From Caldilineales bacterium (GTDB lineage: Bacteria > Chloroflexota > Anaerolineae > Caldilineales > Caldilineaceae), in assembly GCA_038205395.1 (NCBI GenBank), contig JBBRBX010000012.1, positions 3,298-67,297 on the forward strand: 64,000 nucleotides of DNA. Reading direction: 5' to 3'. Below are positions 19,813 through 27,356 of this stretch, one piece after another. The position numbers and the translations under genes were made by a program. The notes beneath the pieces were generated by a model. It did not search any database. It was not told the origin of the DNA and worked only from the letters and a program-made list of their open reading frames with translations. Position 1 is the stretch's first letter. The number at the start of each line of letters is the position of its first letter.

Positions 19813-22178
19813 CCCAGCCTGTCTTTCAATACGGCTTGCACAGTCTGCGGGTCGGCTTTGCCGCCGGTTGCCTTGAGCACCTGTCCGGTGAACATGCCCA
19901 GAAGGCTTGTCTTGCCGCTTTGATACTCTGCCACCTTGGCCGGCAGTGCAGCCAGCACTTGGTCCACAACGGTCTGTAATTCATCCGCCGCCAGGGTCTG
20001 GTCAAGGCCCAGCCGGCGCACAATGGCGCCGGGTGCGCCGCCCTCGGCCAGCATCATGGCAAACACGCTCTTGGCCGCAGCCGTGGTAATGGTCTGCTGA
20101 TCGGTCAGCTTGACCAACTCGGCAAGTTCGATGGCAGTAAAAGGCAGTTCGTCCACCGTCTGCCCTTTCAACTCGCGCAGCACCTCATTGCCCACCCAAT
20201 TGGCGATTGCCTTCGGATTGTTGTATACGGCCAGTGCAGCATCATAGAAATGCACCACCGCTTCATCACCCGTCAGCACGTCCGCCGCTTCGGGCGTCAG
20301 CCCCAGTACTTCCGTGTAATATGTATAGCGCTCTGCCAGCAGGCTGTTGGCGCTGCGCGCACGGGCGCGCTCATCGGAAATAGAGCCGGTGGCCCCGGCA
20401 TCGGTTTCCTTGGTTTTGCTTGCAGCCGGCCTGGCATCCGTCTGGGCGGATTGCTCATCCGTCTGCTTGTTGAGCGCCTTAGCAAAAGCATTCGGCAGTT
20501 CGACAATGCGGTTAAAGACGAGAGCGCCTGGCCGTGAGTCTACGCTGTCGGCTACAAAGTAGCCGTGCCGGACAAATTGGAAGCGTTCTCCGGGCGGCGT
20601 CTGCGCCAGACTCGGCTCCACCAAGCTGTGCTTCAGCACTTCGATCGATTGCGGATTCAGGAAATCCTTGAAACTCTTGTCTTCTTCGGCCGTATCAGGG
20701 TCGGCAACCGCCAACAGCCGCCCATACAGGCGTACTTCTGCAGGCACGGCATATTCTGCCGCCACCCACTGAATGGCTGTACTCTTTTTGCGCTCGGCAC
20801 CGATGGTCTTGCCCATGGAATCGGCATCGTAGCTGCAGCGCAGTTCGTTGACGGCGCCGCTGTTGGGGTCTTTGATGACTTCGTCGCAGCGGATAAAGTA
20901 GGCATGGCGCAGCCGCACCTCACCGCCGGGCCGCAGGCGTGTCCAGCCATCCGGTGGCTCTTCACTGAAATCGGTCTGCTCGATGTAGACAGCGCGTGTG
21001 AGCGGAACCTGCCGCGCGCCTTCTTTGTCGATATCGCGCGGCCAGAAGGGAGCCTCGATCCACTCGACCTGCCCCTCCGGGTAATTCGTGATCGTCACCT
21101 TGAGCGGGCGCAGCACAGCCATCGCACGCGGGGCACGCGCATTCAAGTCGTCACGAATGGCGTCTTCCAGCACTTCGATCTGTACGCGGCTGTTGGTCTT
21201 ATCGACGCCGATGCGGGTGGCGAAGGCGCGGATGCTTTCCGGGGTATAGCCGCGGCGGCGTAAACCGGCGATGGTCGGCATACGCGGGTCGTCCCAGCCG
21301 CTGACATATTTCTCTTCAACCAGCTGCAGCAGCTTACGCTTGCTCATCACCATGTAGTCCAGATTGAGGCGGGCAAACTCGTATTGGTGTGGCCGTGGCT
21401 CTGCAAACAAACTATCGAGCAGCCAGTCGTAGATGGCGCGATTGTTCTCAAATTCAAGCGTACACAGCGAGTGCGTGATCCCTTCGATGGCATCCGACAG
21501 CGGATGCGCAAAGTCGTACATGGGGTAGATGCACCAGTCGTCGCCCGTGCGGTAGTGTGATATATGCCGGATGCGGTAGAGCAGCGGGTCGCGCATCTTC
21601 ATATTGGGTGCAGCCAGATTACCCTGGGCGCGCAGCACATGCGCACCGTCGGCAAACTCACCAGCACGCATGCGTACAAAGAGGTCCAGGTTTTCCGTCA
21701 CCGTGCGCGTGCGGTAGGGGCTGGGTTGCCCTGCCTCCGTGATCGTGCCGCGATAGCGGCGAATTTCCTCTTCGTTGAGGCTGTCGACATAGGCTTTGCC
21801 ATCGCGGATCAACTGGGCGGCAAATTGATACAGTTGTTCATAATAGTCGGAAGCAAAGAACAACTGATCCTGCCAGTCAAAGCCCAGCCAGCGTACATCG
21901 GCTTGAATGGACTGCACATACTCTGGGTCTTCCGTCTCCGGATTGGTGTCGTCGAAACGCAGATGGCAGACGCCGCCGAACTCTTGGGCAATGCCAAAGT
22001 TCAGACAAATCGATTTGGCATGGCCGATGTGCAGGTAGCCGTTGGGTTCCGGCGGAAAACGCGTGACGACGCGCCCTGCGTAACGCCCGCTCTCTACATC
22101 GCGCCGGACAATTTCACGCAAAAAATCTAAGGATTCTCTGCGTTCGGATAAGCTGTTTGCAAAATTCTCACTGATCAT
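19809..22178 (-). CDS. glnS: Glutamine--tRNA ligase with C-terminal YqeY/GatB-tail-like domain
   Basis: TRFPPEPNGYLHIGHAKSICLNFGIA..LRFDDTNP and VMSKRK motifs are near-identical to the E. coli GlnRS core. An extra C-terminal region of ~200 aa (low-complexity linker plus ...PKAIANWVGNEVLRELK...GKTSLLGMFTGQVLKATGGKADPQTV) resembles the GatB/YqeY helical tail. First ATG at 22178; an alternative TTG lies at 22211. Confidence 0.92.
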   Translation of the reverse strand: MISENFANSLSERRESLDFLREIVRRDVESGRYAGRVVTRFPPEPNGYLHIGHAKSICLNFGIAQEFGGVCHLRFDDTNPETEDPEYVQSIQADVRWLGFDWQDQLFFASDYYEQLYQFAAQLIRDGKAYVDSLNEEEIRRYRGTITEAGQPSPYRTRTVTENLDLFVRMRAGEFADGAHVLRAQGNLAAPNMKMRDPLLYRIRHISHYRTGDDWCIYPMYDFAHPLSDAIEGITHSLCTLEFENNRAIYDWLLDSLFAEPRPHQYEFARLNLDYMVMSKRKLLQLVEEKYVSGWDDPRMPTIAGLRRRGYTPESIRAFATRIGVDKTNSRVQIEVLEDAIRDDLNARAPRAMAVLRPLKVTITNYPEGQVEWIEAPFWPRDIDKEGARQVPLTRAVYIEQTDFSEEPPDGWTRLRPGGEVRLRHAYFIRCDEVIKDPNSGAVNELRCSYDADSMGKTIGAERKKSTAIQWVAAEYAVPAEVRLYGRLLAVADPDTAEEDKSFKDFLNPQSIEVLKHSLVEPSLAQTPPGERFQFVRHGYFVADSVDSRPGALVFNRIVELPNAFAKALNKQTDEQSAQTDARPAASKTKETDAGATGSISDERARARSANSLLAERYTYYTEVLGLTPEAADVLTGDEAVVHFYDAALAVYNNPKAIANWVGNEVLRELKGQTVDELPFTAIELAELVKLTDQQTITTAAAKSVFAMMLAEGGAPGAIVRRLGLDQTLAADELQTVVDQVLAALPAKVAEYQSGKTSLLGMFTGQVLKATGGKADPQTVQAVLKDRLG

Positions 22179-22270
22179 AAAAGTACCGCACTGCTCTTCG
22201 CCCAGGTGCAAAATTGTGTTTATCCTGTAATGAATAACATGGGGGACAAGATCGTGTCAAAAAGACGCAC

Positions 22271-23059
22271 TTACAGCGGCTCAGGAGTTGCATCCAACGC
22301 AGCGATATGGCGCCGCACTTGGGCGGCCAGGGCGCCAAACTGCGGCGTGGCAAGCTGCGCCAGTTCACGCGGGCGCGGCAGGTCAATGGGCACTTGCGCC
22401 ACGATGCGTCCGGGCCGGTCGCTCATGACCAGCACGCGGTCAGCCAAGAAAACAGCTTCGTTGATGCTGTGTGTGACCATAAGAATTGTACGGCTGTGCA
22501 GCGTTTGCAGGCGGAGAAGTTCGAGGTTGAGCCGCTCGCGCGTCAGGGCATCCAACTGGCCAAACGGCTCGTCCATCAGCAGCAGTTGAGGCTTATGAAT
22601 CAGGGTGCGCGCCAGCACCACCCGCTGGTTCATGCCGCCCGAAAGTTGGCGCGGGTAGGCATGTTCAAAGCCGTGCAGCCCCATGAGCGCCAGCAGTGCC
22701 AGCGCTTGCTCCTGACTGTCTTGTGTCACCTTTTTTTGCTGGATCTCCAGCGGCAGCAGGACGTTTTCCAGTACAGTGCGCCAAGGCATCAGATTGGTCT
22801 TCTGAAAGACAAAGCCAATCTCTGCCCGCGGCTCCGTCAGGGGCTGACCGTCAAACCACAGATGGCCGCTGTCTGCCTTGGTCAGCCCGCCGACAATGCG
22901 CAGCAGCGTGCTTTTGCCTGAGCCGGAAGGTCCCAGCAAGCAGACAACCTCACCGGCGGCCAGGCTGAAACTCACCGGCTTCAAGACTGCCAAGGGGCGC
23001 GGCCCATCCAAAAAAGTTTTGGCCACCTTGTCTACAATGAGAAGCGGTGCACTAGACAT
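22271..23059 (-). CDS. ABC transporter ATP-binding protein (NitT/TauT family, SsuB/TauB-like)
   Basis: Walker A GPSGSGKST, signature LSGGMNQRV, and Walker B LLLMDEPFGQLD. Confidence 0.92.
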   Translation of the reverse strand: MSSAPLLIVDKVAKTFLDGPRPLAVLKPVSFSLAAGEVVCLLGPSGSGKSTLLRIVGGLTKADSGHLWFDGQPLTEPRAEIGFVFQKTNLMPWRTVLENVLLPLEIQQKKVTQDSQEQALALLALMGLHGFEHAYPRQLSGGMNQRVVLARTLIHKPQLLLMDEPFGQLDALTRERLNLELLRLQTLHSRTILMVTHSINEAVFLADRVLVMSDRPGRIVAQVPIDLPRPRELAQLATPQFGALAAQVRRHIAALDATPEPL

Positions 23060-23070
23060 AAGTCATGCCA

Positions 23071-24096
23071 CTATGGCTGTTCCACAAATTGGTTTGTAAA
23101 CAGCTCCTCTGCCGGCACAAGCTGATCCACCAAACCGCTTCGCTGCATTAACTCGGCCGCGGCCTGCCAGTTGGCTGCTGTCGTTGCACCCGGCTGCGCA
23201 CCGGGTTGGGACGTCCAAAAGGCGATGGATGCGTCGAAAATGGCGCGATTGGTGGCCGTATTGTCGCCGCCCGCCTCCGGCACTGCCTTGATTGCGCTGG
23301 CAAAGGCCGCATCCGGGTTCGCCAGTGTAAAGGCAATGGACTTCTGCATGGCTCGCACCATACGCGCCACCAACTCCGGCTGGTCAGCGATCGTGCGCTC
23401 ATTGGTCACCAGACCGTTGGCCGGCACAGTCAGATACGGATCGAGAGCAATCTCTGTCGTTGTAATGCCTTGCAGCGCCAGCACAATCGGGCCGTTGACC
23501 GCATAATCGACGGCAGCGTCCACTTGATCGGTGCTGATGGCAGCCGCCTGTGTAAAGCCGATGCTCTCCAGCTTTACATCCTGTTCGCTCAGCCCACCTG
23601 CCTCCAGCAGACCGCGCAGGGCCACATAGGAAGCGCCGAATGCACCGGGAATCCCAATGCGTTTGCCTTTGAGATCAGCCGGCGTCTGGATGCCTGCCGC
23701 CGGCTTGGCAAAGACAACCACAGGGAATTTCGTGTACCAGTTCGCCACATAGCGCACCGGCAGCCCCTGCGCCCGGCCCAACACCACCTGGTCGCCGCTG
23801 CCAATCATAAATGGGGTTTCGCCCACACCGACCAGCTTGAGATAATCATTTTCAAAGCCGTAGGCCAGCGCCAGATCGATGCCTTCCTCGCGAAAGAAGC
23901 CTTCTTCGATCCCAGCATAAAAAGGTGCAAACTGTACGCTGGGGACGAAACCAACGCCCAGTGTTACGGTTTCCAATCTGTTCTGCCCCGCCACCGCGCT
24001 GTTTGCCATGTCAGGGACAGGTGTGACGCCGGCAGGCGCAACTGCCGTACATCCAGCTAAAACTACTACCAGCAGCAATGCCGCTATACGAGCCAT
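23071..24096 (-). CDS. ABC transporter substrate-binding lipoprotein (NMT1/THI5/SsuA-like)
   Basis: MARIAALLLVVVLAGC lipobox signal. The fold-typical VGFVPSVQFAPFYAGIEEGFF...LKGKRIGIPG pattern matches NMT1/SsuA-type binding proteins. The ATG at 24096 has an AAAGGA SD; the track start at 24210 is an extension. Confidence 0.87.
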   Translation of the reverse strand: MARIAALLLVVVLAGCTAVAPAGVTPVPDMANSAVAGQNRLETVTLGVGFVPSVQFAPFYAGIEEGFFREEGIDLALAYGFENDYLKLVGVGETPFMIGSGDQVVLGRAQGLPVRYVANWYTKFPVVVFAKPAAGIQTPADLKGKRIGIPGAFGASYVALRGLLEAGGLSEQDVKLESIGFTQAAAISTDQVDAAVDYAVNGPIVLALQGITTTEIALDPYLTVPANGLVTNERTIADQPELVARMVRAMQKSIAFTLANPDAAFASAIKAVPEAGGDNTATNRAIFDASIAFWTSQPGAQPGATTAANWQAAAELMQRSGLVDQLVPAEELFTNQFVEQP

Positions 24097-24163
24097 AAAA
24101 TCAATCCTTTCCAACCCGATCCCAACTGGCCGGGTATCTTCTGTTTTGTTACACCTGGTTTTG

Positions 24164-25006
24164 TTACACCTGTCTTTGCCAGCGCAAGAAGTGTTTTTCG
24201 AGTGCGGCAACGCCGAGATAAAGCGCCTGGGCGATTATTACAAGCGCTGCTACAGCCACAAACATGAGTGGCGTATCCAAAATGCCGCGCGCCAGGTTAA
24301 TCAGGAAGCCTAGCCCGGCATCGGCGCCGGCAAATTCACCCACTACTGCGCCCACGACTGCCAGTGTCACGCTGAGCTTTAGTCCGCCAAACAAAACCGG
24401 CAGCGCCGCCGGCAGCTCCAGCTTCCAAAATAACTGGCTGCGCCCGGCGCGCAAGCTGCGCATCAGGTCGTGCAGGTCAGGGTCAACACTACGGATGCCG
24501 ACAATGGTGCTGATCAGCGTAGGAAAGAAGCTGATCAAAGCACAGACGATGATCTTGCTCCACAACCCGCTGCCCAACCAGATAATCAGCAGCGGCGCCA
24601 CCGCCACAATCGGCACGCTTTGGCTGGCGACAATATAGGGCGAAGCGATCTGTTCCAGCGCGCGATGTTTGCCCAAGAAGTAGCCCAGCAGCAGCGCTGT
24701 CCCCAGCCCCAATGACAGCCCCAGCGCGATTTCGAGCAGCGTTACCTGGGCATGGCGCAGCAGCGTACCGTCGGCCAAAGTGGTCAAGAACTTTTGCCAG
24801 ACGAGGAGCGGCGAGGGCAGAATAAACGGCGGCAGCTCCTGCCAGCGCACCAGCGCGGCCCATAGGGCAATGCCTAAGACAAAGACAGCCACGGCCACCG
24901 CCTGGCTTCGGTAGCGCAGCGCGCGCACCCGCCACGTCATCGGCGCATCTGCCCTGGGCAGCCATTCCTGCTGATCCTGCTGGGTTGTATAGATGTCATA
25001 AGCCAT
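24164..25006 (-). CDS. ABC transporter permease (SsuC/TauC-like)
   Basis: Six TM segments and an EAA-like loop (MRSLRAGRSQLFWKLELPAALP). The ATG at 25006 is preceded by GAGGTG; the track start at 25138 reads through a terminator hairpin. Confidence 0.87.
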   Translation of the reverse strand: MAYDIYTTQQDQQEWLPRADAPMTWRVRALRYRSQAVAVAVFVLGIALWAALVRWQELPPFILPSPLLVWQKFLTTLADGTLLRHAQVTLLEIALGLSLGLGTALLLGYFLGKHRALEQIASPYIVASQSVPIVAVAPLLIIWLGSGLWSKIIVCALISFFPTLISTIVGIRSVDPDLHDLMRSLRAGRSQLFWKLELPAALPVLFGGLKLSVTLAVVGAVVGEFAGADAGLGFLINLARGILDTPLMFVAVAALVIIAQALYLGVAALEKHFLRWQRQV

Positions 25007-25016
25007 CGTGCACCTC

Positions 25017-25055
25017 ACAAAAAACAAAAGCCCGAAGCAAAAAATTTGCTTCGGG
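25017..25055 (-). terminator. Leader hairpin 2 with U-tract, immediately upstream of the permease SD
   Basis: The minus-strand RNA reads CCCGAAGCAAA-UUU-UUUGCUUCGGG followed by CUUUUGUUUUUUG. It ends about 10 nt before GAGGUG and the ATG at 25006. Confidence 0.6.
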
Positions 25056-25151
25056 ATAAAATAGACGGCTGCAGACGGCCTGAACAGACAGCAATCCGCG
25101 TTCAGCGGCGCTGCAAGCGCAAGTCCGACCAGGCGCACCCATTGCCGTCTC

Positions 25152-25193
25152 TAAAACAAAAGCCCGGAGCATTCAGCAAGAATGGTCCGGGGC
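25152..25193 (-). terminator. Leader hairpin 1 with U-tract
   Basis: The minus-strand RNA forms GCCCCGGA...UCCGGGC with an inner CAUUC/GAAUG helix (about 12 bp in total), followed by UUUUGUUUU. The 3' arm plus tail is 16/17 identical to that of hairpin 2. Confidence 0.55.
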
Positions 25194-25420
25194 ATGTCAT
25201 AGCAGACGCCGCAGGCTGCACCTGCTCTGCCGTCACCTTCTTTCATCCGGACTATACCGTCGGCGTCGGAATCCCAGCCCACTCTTGGCGCTGGTCACCG
25301 CACTCATGCCGTGCTGCTTTACAGCAGTTACGACTCGCGGGCTTGTCGCCATTTCCGGCAACTTACCGCCGATCGGGAATTGGGAACATTGTTCCCTCAC
25401 CCTGCCCCGAAGGTTGATAT

Positions 25421-26509
25421 TCAGTTTATGATCCTATCATAGTAAAGTCTGCCGTCCTCGTCAAGTATGCGCGCTACCGTTTTTGCCGGCTGCACAGCGT
25501 CCGACGCAGGCTGTTCGACCAGCGCCGGCGCCATGTGTGGGCTGCGGATGGGATGTCCTGCTGTGGCGGATGCGATGATGTCGGCGATGGTCTGCGCCGT
25601 AATCTGCGCATTGGGCGCGCTGCCGCTCATGCCTGCTTTTACATCCAGATAGCCGCCGCGGCCTGTGTGCCCCATGCCCGGCAGCGAGACGGTGGTGACT
25701 CGCTGTTGGCGACAGGCGCGGTTCCATTCGGATGAGGCAAAAAAGGGCCAGCGCCCCGGCATGAGGAACCGCCACACCTGCGCAATGTCATGTGTCCCCA
25801 CCAGGTGATACACATGATCCGCCACCAGCAGACCTGGGTCGCTGCCAAAAATTCCACCCAGCGACACCATATAGATCGGCCCTTTTACCCACTCGCGCAG
25901 ATAGGTGATGGCCCCGATTCCCATCTGCGCCGACCCGCTGTAGCCGATGATAAAGATGGGGATCTCACTTTCCGGATCGTACTGGTAACGGAAGAGGCTG
26001 TCCAGAAATACTTCCGCCATCGCCTGGCCGTAAAGCGGGGCATAGCGCCGGTCAATGGCAATGGCAACTTGAAACAGGTTGCGTATGTTGATGAGATAGC
26101 CGGCCAGTGTCGGGCCATATTTCTTGCGTTCCAGCGCCCAGCGCCAGATGCGCGAAAAATAGGGCTGGCCGGTGAGGGCAAGGTTGTTGACCGAATAGGG
26201 AAAGATGTCGTCAAGGATCACCGCTTCCGGCGAGCGCTGCGCCAACTGGCGCAAAAACTCCTGCTCGCGATAGCTCAACGTGTGGCCGGAGACGCGGCCG
26301 ATCCCGGAAAGAAAGAGCACATAGCAGCTTGACTGTGCGTGGATCGTGCGCACGATCCCATCCGATGGAATCTGATCATGATATATCTTGTCGCCGAACC
26401 AGCCCGCCCACCAACCCAGGGTTTCAAATGGCGCCAATGCTGCCCACAAGAAGAATGCTGCCAGCAGCGCCAGGGGGATCAGCCATAATTCAGTTGGTGT
26501 GCTGTACAT
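25421..26509 (-). CDS. Hypothetical membrane-anchored alpha/beta-hydrolase-like protein
   Basis: One N-terminal TM helix, then FIIGYSGSAQMG, which resembles a G-x-S-x-G nucleophile elbow. No family confidently recognised. The ATG at 26509 overlaps the upstream gene by 20 nt. Confidence 0.55.
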   Translation of the reverse strand: MYSTPTELWLIPLALLAAFFLWAALAPFETLGWWAGWFGDKIYHDQIPSDGIVRTIHAQSSCYVLFLSGIGRVSGHTLSYREQEFLRQLAQRSPEAVILDDIFPYSVNNLALTGQPYFSRIWRWALERKKYGPTLAGYLINIRNLFQVAIAIDRRYAPLYGQAMAEVFLDSLFRYQYDPESEIPIFIIGYSGSAQMGIGAITYLREWVKGPIYMVSLGGIFGSDPGLLVADHVYHLVGTHDIAQVWRFLMPGRWPFFASSEWNRACRQQRVTTVSLPGMGHTGRGGYLDVKAGMSGSAPNAQITAQTIADIIASATAGHPIRSPHMAPALVEQPASDAVQPAKTVARILDEDGRLYYDRIIN

Positions 26510-27236
26510 GCGGCTGCCCTTCGGGCGGAACCAGCGGGTCTGGCGGGAGAATCGCTTTGGTGCGCCCAAGCCGCCAACTCTCCAACTGTAGATACCAGAT
26601 AGGCGACACATGACGGCGGACACGCAGGATGTCGCGCGTGCCGAACGCCAGCGGGACGCCCGCTACACTGCTGGCCAGCCGGCGCTGCAGGCGCATGATC
26701 GGCCGGCCCACGGTGCGGCGAACAACCTGCAGCAGCACCCAACCGGTGCTCGCCAATACGACCGCCTGCCACAATTCCAGCCGCATCCCCACATGGATGG
26801 CGATAATGACGGCCAACATGCTCCACAGAGAAAGGATAATACTGATTAAATTGCCGAAGTAGGGGGCCAGAATAAGAAAGGAGAAAAGCTGCGGCGCATA
26901 GGAAAGGCCCACCGCGCCGGCCACCGCCAGCAGCGGCTGCTCCTGTCCAAAGAGCGCGCCGCCGGCCAGCCAGATGGTCATCGTCCACAGTACATAGCCG
27001 ATGATGTGGCTGGCAGTCGCGATGGCCAAGGCCAGCCCAAAGCGCGCCGGTCGGATGTGATTGAGAAAGAGCACCAGGCTCTGACCCATTGCCTCCGAAA
27101 AGCCCGCCAGCGCCACCACGCTCAGCGCCACCCAGATGCCGGCAGGTGATGCCTGCACCAAAGCAAACACCTCCGGTTTCAGCCGCAGCGCCATAGCAAT
27201 AATATGGAAAAAGGAAAACAGATTGCCGTCTTGCAC
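26490..27236 (-). CDS. Polytopic membrane protein (Yip1-domain-like)
   Basis: 248-aa ORF with about 5 TM helices. Its general layout resembles Yip1-type membrane proteins. Assigned by resemblance only. Confidence 0.55.
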   Translation of the reverse strand: MQDGNLFSFFHIIAMALRLKPEVFALVQASPAGIWVALSVVALAGFSEAMGQSLVLFLNHIRPARFGLALAIATASHIIGYVLWTMTIWLAGGALFGQEQPLLAVAGAVGLSYAPQLFSFLILAPYFGNLISIILSLWSMLAVIIAIHVGMRLELWQAVVLASTGWVLLQVVRRTVGRPIMRLQRRLASSVAGVPLAFGTRDILRVRRHVSPIWYLQLESWRLGRTKAILPPDPLVPPEGQPHVQHTN

Positions 27237-27318
27237 TCTTTATTTACACGTTTTGCGTGCTCTCGCTTCTCGCCTGAAAAGAAGTCATATTATACCGTGC
27301 AGATTTAGGATGGTCACA

Positions 27319-27348
27319 TTGGCGCAGCGGGATCGGCTCGTTTATACT
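27319..27348 (+). promoter_or_regulatory. Sigma-70-like promoter placed for a near-leaderless capA-like transcript
   Basis: TTGGCG (27319-27324), an 18-nt spacer, then TATACT (27343-27348). The ATG at 27357 lies 8 nt after the -10, and there is no SD. Confidence 0.45.
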
Positions 27349-27356
27349 GCGCAGCC

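Noticed and set aside
25040-25142. A possible Cys-containing leader peptide (MGAPGRTCACSAAERG...) starting at the ATG at 25142 on the minus strand, between the two leader terminators.
   Set aside because: It has no convincing SD. The frame runs straight through the second terminator and into the permease start region without a stop placed for attenuation. Its composition looks like random GC-rich translation.
25007-25420. Assigning the ABC-importer leader to TPP, cobalamin, SAM-I, T-box or guanidine-III riboswitch classes.
   Set aside because: - The hallmark strings are absent: CUGAGA and ACCUGA for TPP, GCCACUG and the B12 box for cobalamin, the SAM-I core, and GGGUGGNACCGCG for T-box.
- A shared GGUGCGCC octamer with the guanidine-III sequence as I remember it, plus a loose ykkC resemblance, is not enough in GC-rich DNA.
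- I therefore left the leader as an unclassified candidate.
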